A stretch of 64,000 nt of DNA from Tubulanus polymorphus (Eukaryota > Animalia > Nemertea), in contig NC_134027.1 of NCBI RefSeq assembly GCF_964204645.1, forward strand, positions 15,656,485 to 15,720,484, in the 5' to 3' direction. The first letter of the stretch is position 1, and every line of letters starts with the position of its first letter. Made by a program: the position numbers and the translations under genes. Below the pieces are notes generated by a model that saw only the letters and a list, made by a program, of their open reading frames with translations, did not search any database and was not told the origin of the DNA. Below are positions 27,667 to 40,619 of the stretch, one piece after another.

Positions 27667-28497
27667 AATGGACGCATTCTATTTATGCTGATTTTAGTCT
27701 GCAGTGGTTTATAACGTTTCACCTTACAACAGTAGATGACCACCGATAACGAACCGAAATAAATTTGATGAGAGCACTCTCAAAATTCATCCGTCACCCA
27801 CAAGGAAGTTGGACCTCAGTGACTCCGGAAGTAATCTCTTCTCATGGAATCCAGAGCATTATGACGCAATGCCGGATAATTTAGTGTTTTAGATGCAACC
27901 TGAATGATGACGGCGGTTATAAATGCCGATTCCTAAGATGTTATTGACCTTATCAATAACTAAGAGAATGGAACTAGGCAGGAGTTCCTTTGTTATCTCT
28001 AAGAAAAATAAGTTGTTTAATAACGACAGTATTAATGTTGGTGAGTCTAGTGGATAGTCTGCTGGTCCAACTTGGCGTCTAACTTTATGTACGGCGATGT
28101 CAAAGCCGAGCGTTCTTCTTAATTCTTAAATCTTAGTGTCACAGACATTCATAAATGACATTTGGTGAGTAGTCTCTTGTTTTCTGGAACGACAGTCCAG
28201 CCTGTGGCGCCCTCTCAGTTATGTTCTGGTTGTGGGTTTGATGTGGGTCATTCATCGTATATGATTCCGCGAATGGCGGTAACATACTTGGTTAATGAAT
28301 AAATATTTGATAGTTATTATAAAATATTGTGTTTGTCGCAGGTTGGTGGAGAGGCGAGGAAGGAACTCATTTTTACTGGTGATTGAAGCCAAAGGCCAAG
28401 GTTGTACACTTCCAACAAAGCTGCTGCAACGAGGAACAAGCGAATCGTCGGATTGTCGAATCGATACTACAACGTGTGCGACCCCTGATTACCCCTC

Positions 28498-28746
28498 TGT
28501 TACGTATTCGATGTTTGTCTAGCATCACTGGTTTTCAAGTTCCTATTTCGTCATGTCAGTGTTCATTGTGAATATTGTAAGCTTTAATCTCTGTCTGTAT
28601 TCTTCTATTGTTGTTTCCTGTATATATATGTTCGTACTGTTGATATTCAGCAGTTCAGTTGAGTTCTGTTTAATAAAGCAGTTGGTGTTATGTAGATGGC
28701 AGTCTTCCGAGTTGTGTTTGTAGTTTGGCTTTTTCTGGCCGTAACA
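28498..28746 (+). repeat. 5' LTR
   Basis: tgttacg...cgtaaca; repeated at 33480. Confidence 0.96.
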
Positions 28747-28751
28747 GAAAT

Positions 28752-28768
28752 TGGGGGCTCGTCCGGGA
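28752..28768 (+). promoter_or_regulatory. tRNA-Pro primer binding site
   Basis: TGGGGGCTCGTCCGGGA, complementary to the 3' end of tRNA-Pro. Confidence 0.9.
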
Positions 28769-28834
28769 GACCTTGCCGTTTCGTTCTGCAATTGGAAGAT
28801 TCGTACATTTTGAACTGCTTTTTGTCGTCGACGA

Positions 28835-30889
28835 TTGTCAACTTTTCAACTGAACTCCGGAATCAGGATTTCCTCAGTGATAGAGACTTTTATTAGTTCT
28901 CCTACGAGGGAGGCTTTAGGACTCTTTACTAAAAAAGAGTTGTTGGATGTTGCCACATTTTATGAACTCGGTGTTAAATCGTCTATGCTAAAATCGAACA
29001 TTAAGGATGTCATAGACAGTTATCTCGTTTTGAAGGGTTTATTTCAACAGTGTGAAGTAGAACCAATTTCTGACCATGCCTACGAAATTCGAAAGATGGA
29101 GCCTGAATTTGAAGCCGGACAACGCGAACGGGATCGTGAAAGGGATCGTGAGCGGGAGCAACATGAGCTACAACTTAGAGAGATGGAAATTCGTCTTCGT
29201 GAAGTTGAGACCAGTCGTCAGACGAATCGTCTACAGTCGAATCATCTACACTTCGATGTTACACGTCACATCCGATTGGTTCCGAAGTTCCAAGATTCCA
29301 ATATAGATAAGTATTTTTCGCATTTTGAAAAAGTCGCGCTTAATCTAAATTGGCCGCAGGAAAACTGGACTTTGCTACTCCAGAGTGTTCTAACTGGGAA
29401 GGCTCAAGAAGTGTATTCGTCGCTTACATCCGAACAGTCATATGATTATGAAATTGTAAAATCTTGTATTCTTAAAGCGTATGAATTAGTTCCAGAAGCC
29501 TATCGACAACGGTTCAGAGATCGTAAAAAGGTTGAAAATGAAACATATTCAGAATTTGCTAGGGAAAAAGAAACCTTGTTCACTCGCTGGTGTGATTCTA
29601 AATTAGGTAAAAGCGATTTTGACAAATTGCGACAGTTAATGCTTTTGGAAGAATTTAAACAGTGTGTACCAGTGGAAATTAAAACCTATTTGGATGAACA
29701 AAAGGTTTATGATTTAAATGAGGCAGCTACAGCTGCTGATGACTATTCCTTAACCCATAAGGTCTTTAAAGAGGTTAAATCTTATGATACTGTTCGTAGT
29801 CAAGCTTCTAGTTATCAGCTAAAAGGGCAAAATTCACCCGTTATTTGCAATTATTGTAAAAAATCTGGACATTTAATGTCTTCGTGCTTCAAATTACAGG
29901 CAAAGAGAAAACGGGAATCTACTGGGTCGATCGCCTTACTTACACCCCATCCTCCAGTACTGTCAGATGAATCAACAATTTCGTCATCAACTACCTACAA
30001 GAGGTCGTTTGAACCGTTTATAAGTGATGGCAAAGTATCGTTCAGTGAAAATAATTCAATGGTGAGTGTCAAGATATTACGCGATACTGGCGCGTCACAA
30101 ACCATAATTTTAGAAGGAACCATACCATTGTCTAAGCACACTTATACCGGTAAAAACGTACTTCTTAGGGGTGTTGGGTCCGAGATTCTCGATGTACCAA
30201 TTCATAAACTATATTTGGATTGTGATTTAATGTCTGGCTGGTTTGAGATGGGTGTGTGTCCGTCGTTGCCAGTTCAGGGTATCTCTCTGTTACTTGGAAA
30301 TGATTTGGCCGGTGGTAATGTTAGGGTAAATCCTTTTGTTTCTAAGAACCCTGTTCTTAGTTTTGAGACTGAGTTATTAGACCAGGAAATTCCTGGGTTA
30401 TTTCCGTCATGTGTGGTAACTAGGTCTATGTCTAAAAAGACTAGCGGCGGATTTGAAAATTTAGAATCTAAGAATGACTTAAGATCTATTGATGATGAAA
30501 ATTCAGAGAATTCTTTTCATTTACGTGACACGTTTTTATCGAAGATATTTGATGATTCTCTTCTTGTTTCTGATTTTGATGTTGTGTCACGTTCTAACTT
30601 AATTAAGTTTCAAAAAAGTGATAGGGATTTGGAGAAACTAATTTCTATTGCTTATGCCTCAAAAGAGGATCTTGCTGATAGCCATTGTGGTTATTTTTTG
30701 GATTCAGGTGTGCTAATGCGCAAATTTCGCCCACCTGATGTCCCTGCATCTACTGAATGGAAAGTTAATTATCAGATTGTCATTCCATCAGTTTATCGTG
30801 AAGATATTTTGCGTTTGGCTCACGAAAAACCAAAAACGTATAACAAAGTATTGCAACATTTCTTTTGGCCGGGCATAAAAAAGATGTGA
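28835..30889 (+). CDS. Gag (CCHC knuckle) - aspartic protease - start of integrase; true start uncertain
   Basis: CNYCKKSGHLMSSC; LRDTGAS. Confidence 0.88.
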   Translation: MSTFQLNSGIRISSVIETFISSPTREALGLFTKKELLDVATFYELGVKSSMLKSNIKDVIDSYLVLKGLFQQCEVEPISDHAYEIRKMEPEFEAGQRERDRERDREREQHELQLREMEIRLREVETSRQTNRLQSNHLHFDVTRHIRLVPKFQDSNIDKYFSHFEKVALNLNWPQENWTLLLQSVLTGKAQEVYSSLTSEQSYDYEIVKSCILKAYELVPEAYRQRFRDRKKVENETYSEFAREKETLFTRWCDSKLGKSDFDKLRQLMLLEEFKQCVPVEIKTYLDEQKVYDLNEAATAADDYSLTHKVFKEVKSYDTVRSQASSYQLKGQNSPVICNYCKKSGHLMSSCFKLQAKRKRESTGSIALLTPHPPVLSDESTISSSTTYKRSFEPFISDGKVSFSENNSMVSVKILRDTGASQTIILEGTIPLSKHTYTGKNVLLRGVGSEILDVPIHKLYLDCDLMSGWFEMGVCPSLPVQGISLLLGNDLAGGNVRVNPFVSKNPVLSFETELLDQEIPGLFPSCVVTRSMSKKTSGGFENLESKNDLRSIDDENSENSFHLRDTFLSKIFDDSLLVSDFDVVSRSNLIKFQKSDRDLEKLISIAYASKEDLADSHCGYFLDSGVLMRKFRPPDVPASTEWKVNYQIVIPSVYREDILRLAHEKPKTYNKVLQHFFWPGIKKM

Positions 30890-33360
30890 GTAATTTTTGT
30901 GCCTCATGCCATTATTGCCAAATATGTGGTAAGCCTAATCAGGCTATACCCAAACATCCGTTGATACCTGTACCTGCATTTAATGAACCATTTTCGGACG
31001 TTATCTGTGACTGTGTTGGTAAGTTACCAAAAACTCGATCTGGTAATGAGTATTTGTTGACGATCATGTGCAAGTCAACTCACTATCCAGAGGCAATTCC
31101 TCTGCGTACAATTAATGCTCCTACAATATTAAAAGCACTCACAAAATTCTTTACGTCATACGGGTTTCCAAAAACTATACAGTCTGATCAGGGATCAAAT
31201 TTTGTTTCTGGAGTGTTTCAACAGGTCATGTATCAACTGGGTGTTAAACAAAGTACTTCGAGTGCGTATCATCCTGAATCTCAGGGGGCGCTTGAGAGGT
31301 TTCATCAAACGTTGAACACAATGCTTACAGTTTACTGTGAAGAAAATCAAAAAGATTGGGATGAAGGGGTTCCGTTTCTTTTGTTTGCCGTTAGAGATGC
31401 GGTCCAAGAGTCATTAGGATTTAGTCCCTTCGAATTAGTTTTTGGGCATGAAGTGCGCGGTCCGCTTAAATTGCTTAAAGAAAGATTTCTACTTGATAAT
31501 GATGAAAAACAGAATGACTGTAACTTAATGAAGTATGTTTCTAGTTTTAGAAATAGATTATTCAAGGCGTGGGAGAGTGCCCGTAGATATTTGAAGGACT
31601 CTCAAATGACTATGAAAACATGGTATGATAAAAAGGCTCGGAAACGAATATTTAGTCCGGGGGACAAAGTTCTTGTATTGTTTCCTTTTAAGGGGGCGAG
31701 CCTTCAGGCGAAATTTCGAGGTCCTTACATTGTACTCGAAAAATTAAATGATGTAAATTATTTGATAGCGACTCCTGACCGTAGGAAAGATAGTCAGGTT
31801 TGTCATGTTAACATGATGAAACGTTATTTAGAAAGAAACCAAGACTCTGCTAGTAGTATAAATATGTGTATAGATACTGTTCATTCTTCTAATTTACTGG
31901 ATGCGGATGATGTCGGTAGTGCAGTTGATAAAACGTTACCGTTTTGTAGCAGACCAGTTTCTAATGGTGGTGACAGTCAGAGTAATTATGTAGATTTTCT
32001 ATTTGAAAATTCGAAAGTGATGGATAATATTAATGCCAAATTAGATCACTTGGAGCCTCGTGAGAAATCTGATTTAAAACAATTGTTAAATGAATTTCAA
32101 CATCTCTTTACAGATACTCCGGGCTTGACTACGCTCGCTTGTCACGATGTGGATGTTGGTGAGGCTAAACCAATGAAGCAGCATCCATATCGTGTGAATC
32201 CTGTTAAATCTGAAATTATGAAAGAGGAGGTTATCGCTATGTTAAAGACGGGTATTGCCGAGCCTAGCACGAGTGATTGGAGTTCACCCTGTATTTTAGT
32301 TCCGAAACAGAATGGTAAGTGGCGGTTCTGTACGGACTATCGTAAGGTTAATTCGGTTACCAAATCTGATTCTTACCCAATTCCAAGAATTGACGATTTG
32401 ATAGATAGAATCGGTAGAGCCAAATACATCAGTAAATTTGACCTTACAAAAGGTTATTGGCAGGTTCCTCTTTCTCAGCGTGCTCGGGAAATATCCGCCT
32501 TTTGTACCCCTCATGGTTTATTCCAATACTGTAGAATGCCATTTGGGATGAAAAATTCGGCAGCCACGTTTCAACGGCTGATGAATCAAGTCATTAAAGG
32601 TCTTATATGTGTTGTTGTATATATTGATGACATAATTGTATTTTCTGATACGTGGAATGAACACTTGTATCAATTAAGATGCCTATTCGAGAGATTAACT
32701 GAGGCTAACTTGACGGTAAATCTAATTAAAAGTGATTTTGGTCAAGCTAAATGTATATATTTGGGTCACGTTGTAGGCCATGGGCAAGTTAAACCCGTAA
32801 ATGCAAAAATTGAAGCTATTGTTAATTATCCCGCCCCCCAGGATCGTCGATCTTTAATGCGATTTCTGGGTATGGCAGGTTATTATAGAAAATTCTGTGT
32901 GAACTTTGCCCAGGTTACATCGGTATTGACTGATTTGTTGAAGAAGAATGTTAAATTTGAGTGGACTAATCATCGTGATGAGGCGTTCTTGAACGTAAAA
33001 AGATTGTTGAGTAATAAACCAGTGCTTATTGCGCCGGACTTTGGTAGGCAATTCAAATTAATGATCGACGCCTGTGACATTGGTGCAGGTGCTGTATTAA
33101 TTCAAGCTGACGATTGTGGTATAGACCATCCAATTTGTTACTTCTCAAAAAAATTTGATGTTTCGCAACAAAATTACTCAACTATTGAGAAAGAATGTTT
33201 AGCCTTGATACTTGCTTTAGAACATTTTAACGTATATACTACTATGTGTCTCTTTCCGGTGATTGTCTATACTGATCATAATCCGTTAACTTTTGTAAAT
33301 AGTATGAAGAATAAGAACAAGAGGTTGATGAGATGGTGTTTGAACCTTACAGGAGTATGA
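30865..33360 (+). CDS. Integrase - reverse transcriptase - RNase H (frameshifted from upstream ORF)
   Basis: SDQGSNF, YHPESQG, GPY, DYRKVN, YIDD, DACD, TDHNPL. Confidence 0.92.
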   Translation: MAGHKKDVSNFCASCHYCQICGKPNQAIPKHPLIPVPAFNEPFSDVICDCVGKLPKTRSGNEYLLTIMCKSTHYPEAIPLRTINAPTILKALTKFFTSYGFPKTIQSDQGSNFVSGVFQQVMYQLGVKQSTSSAYHPESQGALERFHQTLNTMLTVYCEENQKDWDEGVPFLLFAVRDAVQESLGFSPFELVFGHEVRGPLKLLKERFLLDNDEKQNDCNLMKYVSSFRNRLFKAWESARRYLKDSQMTMKTWYDKKARKRIFSPGDKVLVLFPFKGASLQAKFRGPYIVLEKLNDVNYLIATPDRRKDSQVCHVNMMKRYLERNQDSASSINMCIDTVHSSNLLDADDVGSAVDKTLPFCSRPVSNGGDSQSNYVDFLFENSKVMDNINAKLDHLEPREKSDLKQLLNEFQHLFTDTPGLTTLACHDVDVGEAKPMKQHPYRVNPVKSEIMKEEVIAMLKTGIAEPSTSDWSSPCILVPKQNGKWRFCTDYRKVNSVTKSDSYPIPRIDDLIDRIGRAKYISKFDLTKGYWQVPLSQRAREISAFCTPHGLFQYCRMPFGMKNSAATFQRLMNQVIKGLICVVVYIDDIIVFSDTWNEHLYQLRCLFERLTEANLTVNLIKSDFGQAKCIYLGHVVGHGQVKPVNAKIEAIVNYPAPQDRRSLMRFLGMAGYYRKFCVNFAQVTSVLTDLLKKNVKFEWTNHRDEAFLNVKRLLSNKPVLIAPDFGRQFKLMIDACDIGAGAVLIQADDCGIDHPICYFSKKFDVSQQNYSTIEKECLALILALEHFNVYTTMCLFPVIVYTDHNPLTFVNSMKNKNKRLMRWCLNLTGV

Positions 33361-33479
33361 TCTCCCTATATTACATGTACGTGGTTGTAATAATGTTGTG
33401 GCGGATGCGTTGTCTAGAGCGTAAATTAGTAATGGTAATTGTAAATAACTACTTTATGGTCACTTCTTTAAGAAGGGGG

Positions 33480-33728
33480 TGTTACGTATTCGATGTTTGT
33501 CTCGCATCACTGGTTTTCAAGTTCCTATTTCGTCATGTCAGTGTTCATTGTGAATATTGTAAGCTTTAATCTCTGTCTGTATTCTTCTATTGTTGTTTCC
33601 TGTATATATATGTTCGTACTGTTGATATTCAGCAGTTCAGTTGAGTTCTGTTTAATAAAGCAGTTGGTGTTATGTAGATGGCAGTCTTCCGAGTTGTGTT
33701 TGTAGTTTGGCTTTTTCTGGCCGTAACA
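33480..33728 (+). repeat. 3' LTR
   Basis: Preceded by PPT aagaaggggg. Confidence 0.96.
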
Positions 33729-34779
33729 CTCACGATCGCCGGAGGAGTAGGGCGTGCACAAATAGCACCCTCGATGGGATCTCGAAATTGCGATTCATAT
33801 TAGGATCTTCAAATGCGGGAGATCTGCTTATAGTTCCGTAGCTCGATTATGGTTCAAAGCGAATTCGAAAGTCGAAATTGAGAAGAGTGGAGCAACGTTG
33901 CCGCTGATTACAAAACGTGGATTACGTGCGATATTGATGGTCAAGTCGTCAATTCTAAAGATCACTCGAAGGTAATCTAGTGAGAGGCGAATGTGGAAGC
34001 TAGCTTATTATAGTTATTTATGTTAACCGGTACCGGTGATAATACTGTGTTGTCCTGTGTTGTGTATTGTGTGTACGTTTTATTGTGCTTTGACGGTGTA
34101 TTGCATGTGGCCTGTTAGTTATATAGTTTAGTATTGCTTTGTGTGTATTTCCTTCCGTCCTGGTCGAGGAGATCCGTGGATGGTGAAACCAAAACTTTAT
34201 GTTTACGGTGGTGTAAGAAACTGATTTTAGAGTTGTGGATTGTTGGTTTGGTGTAGAGACAGAGACTCTTCTTTTTTATCTTATAGTTTATTTCCTTTGC
34301 TTAATTTGATTTACTTTGATTTATGCTGGTAGCATCAAACTTGATTATTTTGATTTGCTTGACAGTATGATTATTCAAGTGCATGTTATAAATTTCATTA
34401 GGTGTATTTTTCTTAAGCGTAGAGGATTGCTCGCTTATTATCATAATTAATTGTTTCGTTGGTTATTGATTATTAATTGCTTGCTTGACACCCAGGAGGT
34501 GATTCAGGTTTTTTGATTTGTAAAAAGGAAAAAAACGTATATTTGTAAGAGGGTTCTTCCAGGTTATTATATGATTTAAGCTGTGTTACGTTAATAGTTT
34601 AATAACTGGAGTTTCCCGCTCTTGGGTGTAAGCGTGGTAAGTGCTATAATCGAGGTAGGTGAGTACCTGTGTAATCTGAACCAACCCTGTCATTTTCTGA
34701 AATTGGGGTTGTGCAAACCGATTCATTTGTAGGTAGTTAGCTCAGATAATCAATACAGATAATCCAATTCAGTCCAATT

Positions 34780-35290
34780 ATGTCGTCGATGCGGGCTGGT
34801 CATGTCGTTTCAGCTGGGTTCATTGGTTCAGTGAGTCTGGACCGGGAGGTAATTCGAGCGGAGTTTTGCAGATTCGGTGAGGTTAATTCGTTTGTGTATC
34901 TGGACAGACAGAATATGTTGTGTTTGTCAACGCCAGCTCAGCTAAGAATGCAGTAGCTGCAGAAATTGAATTTCAGGGTAATGCGGTGCAGATAGCGATT
35001 GTGCCGTTGGACCAGTTATCAGATGTCGAACAACAAATCGCTGAAGCGCGTATAGAGGAGATCCTTGGTGGGTTAAACCCTACTTTACGTGGATCCGTTG
35101 TAAACAGATTTTCTTACGGGGATGGTGCTACTTCACGGAAGCGATTGGGGTTTGAGCCGGTGTCTCCGCCCAGTTTTGCGTCGTTCGAGGACCCGAGGCC
35201 GAAGGAGTCTGCGGAGTCGGCTAAAGGAAGACAAAATGTCGTGATGAACACTCCATCACGCCTCAGTACGTTTTCCGATGAGGAGAATAA
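34780..35290 (+). pseudogene. Possible truncated gag N-terminus of another LTR element
   Basis: Ends in PSRLSTFS, resembling PNMA/Gypsy gag; weak. Confidence 0.3.
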
Positions 35291-35560
35291 GACTTTCTCA
35301 AAATGTATCAAAAATTAAACTAATTTTTAGTTCATAAGTCCTCAAATATTCATAAATGAACGGTTAAAAATTGATGAAACATGCCGTAAAATCAACCTAT
35401 TAACAGTCCGGAATGTGGGATAATGTCGGGCTTTAGAGAACATAATGCCCCCGAGGTCTTCACATTTACAGAAAAGATTACGTAAGTGATTCACGCGCAG
35501 CGTGCGATAGGCGCACAATAGAAATCTGAGCCGCTCGTTCTTTGAGTGTCACCAATTTAA

Positions 35561-38500
35561 GGGGACCGCTATTGTGAAAATTGACCTTGGGAGGAATATT
35601 CCTCCCAAAGTCAATCGATGGAAACTTGACCAAGGGGTTCGACATCCAAACAATTGACTTTGGCAGGAATATTCCTCCCAAGGTCAAACGAAGAGAATTT
35701 GACCTTCAGGTCTGATATTCAAAATATCGACTTCGGGAGGAATGTTCCTCCGAATGTCAAACGAAGGAAACTGGACCTGGTCTGTTATTCGAAATATCGA
35801 CTTTGGGATGAATGTCCTTCCAAACCACTAAACGCTAAAAACCTGAGGTAATATAAACTAGATTGGTGTAATCATTGTTTTTGATAAGTAGTATATACTA
35901 TAGTGACGACACCAGACATATTTAGGCAATTTGAGTGATAATGTACATGGTATTTGAGGGTCTGCGACGAACGATTTTTAGAAAGTTAAATAGCTGTAGT
36001 GCAGGTTCAAATAATGAGTCTAATATAGTCTTCACATCGCAATCAGTTTTTAGAATGTATCTTCCTTTTTCTTTACTTGATCTTGAGTCTTTGACTCGTT
36101 AAATTTTTTCTTGATTGATTGATGCTGGGAGGTCTAGATCAAATTATATTGTTAATCAAATCAATTATTTTTCAACTGCAAATTCACACTTGATATTGAT
36201 ATTAGTAATCAATATTACTCATTTCATAATATAGCGCACTGCTGCAAATAGTTATCAGTGTGCTTTGCATGAGTATAAAATAAACACAAGCTGAAAAATC
36301 GAAATGTAAATACGTGGATGATAAAAATCAAGTTAAAAGGTGTAGGGGCGGAGAGATCTGGCGAGAAAAAAAAACAGTAATGGGCGCAAAATGGACCCGT
36401 GCCTAATTGCCCGACCAAAAACGACCAGACCAGACCTGAGTCAAATTAAGCGTGTTAATTTAAACTGGTTTTGGAAATCAGTCATTTCGCTTTGTTTAAA
36501 GTTTGGACTCGTTTTAGATTCCATTGCTTAAGCATTGTTTAGTATCGAATGAATGGGTTTGAATTTGAATGTGAAATGAATTTGAACATGAAAATCGGCG
36601 CGCTCTTTGGTAAGCTATGCGTAAAATTTAAGTCGGACCTGATTCGAGCCAATTTAGCCCCGCCAAATCGTCTCTATAGCCGCGATCACACGTGCATTTT
36701 TGGCCCGGGCCAATTTTGGCCCGTGTCAAATTTAGCCCGGAGCAACTGTTTACACGGGTGCCAAGTGGGCCCGAGCCTGTTTGGCCCGGGCCAAATTTGG
36801 CCCGACCAAAAACGTCGGACCAGGCCCGAGCCTTTTTTGGCATCAGACAAATGACTGCGTTTGAATTGCACCGGGAATGATCCACTTCCCTTTGTTTGAG
36901 CATTGTTAAGTATCGAGTGAATGGTTTGCTTGTGAACGCGCTCTCTAATTTGGCCCGGGCGAAATCGTCTCCGTGTGATCGCGGCTCATGGGATCCCGGC
37001 TTATGTGGGTCATGAGTGATAAGATAAATCTTTCCCTTTATGTTTGCAAATTAGCCATTGTCCTAGTTTTAACTTCTGATTTGTACCCTGTGTAGGGGTT
37101 TATATTTCTGTTTGTACTCTTTCATAGAAATACGACAGATATCAAATGGGATCTTTGATTAAAGACACTGTAGACCGGTACACACCAATATGTCAATCCA
37201 TCCGACCTACGAGCAATCATCTCATTAATGAGATTATTGCTCGTAAATCCGACAGCTACGTTTTACAACAAGAAATATATTAGATGAGATTCCTAATGAT
37301 AAAATCATTACTATTAAGAATATGTTATTAATTATGAAAAGATTCAAAAAGAATTGACAAAATATATTACTTTGAATGGCCTTTAGATATTGGATAGGGC
37401 GATTTTGAATTATTTTTGGGGAATTTTATCAAGAAGCTCAAACTCCCTAAGGCGATAAAGTGTTTAAGGCAGATCTTTCCCGATTATGATCCCACCATAT
37501 GAATTGCTCATGAAACTATTATGTATAAACACCTCCCAATTAACGTAATGACTGAGTGACGTCCTGTTGCACAAGCTATATTACACCATGATAAAAAGCC
37601 TATTATAGTCAAGTTGGGTTTCTCGATGTATAAATGCAGGGAGGGTCGGGAGCTTTATGTTCAATAACATTAGGTTCCTATAAATGTTTGCTCTATGGAT
37701 TTCAAAATAAAAGAAAAATTTACGTTAAACGTGATATCTGTTTCATTACTCGTGATATATCGGGGAATCTCTGCAATAAAATTTGACGATTTCAAAACTA
37801 TTACAAAATGAGCAAATTGCGATTCTTAGTGATATTTGCTAACATTATGAATTCTAGCGTATAAGCGGATTTGTGTGATATGTAATAAGTATCGTAGCGA
37901 TAATCAATGAGAAAAGTATCTACCGTAGCTAGAAATGACAATTAAATCAGAATATCTCCCTCAAAATACCTACATCCGTTCAAAAAAATATCCCCCTGGT
38001 AAAAATTTCCTATGTAGAAATCTAAAAAAATCTAAACCCTATATAAACATGGTAAACATACCCTGGGTATAAATCCCCAAATATTCAATAATCTCTACTT
38101 CGTGATTATCAAGAACATTTCAATCGACGATGTTTCTCCAATTTAATTCATTTGCAATGAGACTGAAATATGTTTGAAATTTTTAATGAAATCTTTCATT
38201 GCGATAAACTCTTAAGGATAAAATAAATTGTAAGAATAAATAAGAGTAATAAACTTTTATTTGTAATATCTTAAGATTCGAACTGGAATACTTTTGAACT
38301 GCGGACTCTCGATAACTTTTGGTATATTTCAGCTGTGCGATGCCATGAATTGAAATGTGCGATGAACCCCTTTACTAAGCTGTGCAATAACTACATGTAT
38401 ATGTACTAATTTAGTATCAATGAAACATTAATTTGTAGTATGTCTTAATTCAAATAGCATAGTTTGTATGGGCATATTGATATCCTTATGGTGTTCGACA

Positions 38501-38737
38501 GTAAAATATGAATAAATTGGATAATACGTATCAATAATACGAATTAATTGACCTTAAGATTGTATATATACTTATAATCCCTTCAAAGGGAGGGGATTAC
38601 CTACTTTGAAGAATTGGGGATTTTTACCGAGGGGATTTTTACCTGGGGGATTTCTACTCAGGGGATTTTTACCACTAACCCTTAGCAATGCACTGTAATG
38701 AACAATTTACTTTGTTTTGCTAAATTAACTACTTGTA
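35561..38737 (+). mobile_element. Truncated copy of a TTAA-flanked non-autonomous DNA transposon
   Basis: Inverted homologue of 60262-63817; begins ttaa|ggggaccgctatt. Confidence 0.75.
36679..36985. mobile_element. MITE (Harbinger-like) with internal ttggcccgggccaa palindromes
   Basis: TIR gccgcgatcacacg / cgtgtgatcgcggc; second copy at ~62363-62685. Confidence 0.55.
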
Positions 38738-40619
38738 ACACTATAGAACTGTGGACGATCCTAACAAGGAGTCCGGCCTGCTATTCTAAACATCAGGGGA
38801 CAAAGATATCTTTCTAAAAATTATATTGCTAAGATATTCCTAGTCTTCATCCTTCAACATGAACTCTAGATTTTGGGCCTGGATATATTTCGGATTCATT
38901 AAATGGTATCATGTGTGTGTAGAACGTTTAGGCGAAGGTATTATCCCCCGGTTTCACGCGTAAAACAAACAGAAAAAATATTTTCGTACATTGTTCATCG
39001 CATTATAGAAATTGAAGTGTTGACAAGTTGTATTAAATCTCTATAGATGAAACACTTTTAAGGAAAACGCATTATGTTTGTAGTTTCTATATATCTACTT
39101 TTGACTGTGCGCCTCGGGCTCAGTCAACTCATTTCCATGATTGAAATATTTGATTAGGCAGTCTTATCAAAAGTGGCGTAAATTCATACAAGCGAATAAT
39201 TTGTTGTTTCCAAAGGTTTTTGTTACCATCTCGTCTACACGGTAATGGCCGAAATTCCCCGGTAAAAATACCCATTAAAGAGCTTATGATTTGCTGCCGC
39301 TGGCATGTTTGCGTTTCTATTGCAAAATTAAGTCCAAAATAACTGGAATCGTTTTAAAAGGATTTCTGTGAAAATTTTCAATTTTTCCCCAAACGTCAAC
39401 AAGTGCCTTTCAAATCAAGATAGATTCCTCATGCGTAAAAACGATTGTAGCAATTTTTCAGTTTTATTTATCTATGGTTTGATACGTCAAGATTTCAGTA
39501 AAAAGGGCAACATCATCGTTTATGTTAGCGAAGCTTGGTATACAAGCAATCTGACAATAACAAGCCACTGAATTTTATCGGGTTAGGCTTTGTATAGCTC
39601 ATTATCTATAGAAAGTCAGTGATTAAGTCCTAAGTAAATATTGCTCAATTAAAGAGAATTCATTAGTCGATGAACAATGTACAAGCGATGACAGGCCTAT
39701 GAGGCACCCGATAATCAAAAATGTATTTCACGGATTTCGCTGTGCGATGCGATAAATTATTGAAACTTTTAATTTCAAATATCTTTGAAATACTATTTGA
39801 AATTTGAAATATTATTTTACCAGTGCGATAACTTTTAGTATTAGTTTAGTATTAATGAAGTATTTCAATCTTTGGATAAACGTCGGAAAATGGCAAGGGG
39901 AAAATTGTCGCTAAATAAATATTAGAATTTGCAAGTTTTGTAATAACTTTGAATTGTTAAATTTTACTGGACATTGGTGTATGCTGAATTCAAGAACAAC
40001 GAAACATATATCTCATACAAACGCTGATTGTCTTTTTCATCTTTCTTCATTTCAATAACAATCAATCGATTTTTAAGTAGATTTAATTACCAGGATAGCG
40101 ACTATATGAGTTTGTGCTTTTAATCAACTAGTTTCCGAATCCGTGGTATGCCAATCAAAAAATAATTTTTAAGTCGAGAAAAAGTAAGATGCATTCTATC
40201 AACTAATTTCATTGTAAAGACTATAACGCATCGTATATGAATCAATACTAAAGCATTCACACCGCAGGCCACTTAATCTTAAGCTTGATTGTGAGAGGTG
40301 TTTAAACATAATGGTCACATGAGTAATTAAATGGTTGTGAAGGAGCGCGACCGTTATATTTCGAAATTGATTGCCGAAATCATAACCGACTCGTCTCCAG
40401 AAACCGAAAACTAGCGAATTGTTCAAATATTTGCGCGCACCACCGCTACTACTACTACTATTGTACTTATGTTCCACCACGGCACCACCGACAACCTCGA
40501 GTGATATGGTTTCTTTATATTTCATTTGTATTTCTACCCTTTGTTGTTTTCTTTCAGACTCAAAGCATTGTAATATTATGTAGGCAGGGAATTACGGAAG
40601 TGAGAAAGGGAATTGGGTA

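Larger units (their letters stand above)
28498..33728 (+). mobile_element. Gmr1-type Ty3/Gypsy LTR retrotransposon
   Basis: 249-bp near-identical LTRs, PBS, PPT; domain order gag-PR-IN-RT-RH. Confidence 0.95.

Noticed and set aside
35580-35830. CRISPR-like spaced palindromic repeats (ggaggaatattcctcc)
   Set aside because: Subterminal repeats of a TIR transposon, recurring at 59530 and 63620; spacers are related to each other; no cas genes; eukaryotic context
36549-36903. Overlapping ORFs here and at 62385-62814
   Set aside because: Arise from GC-rich palindromic MITE repeats
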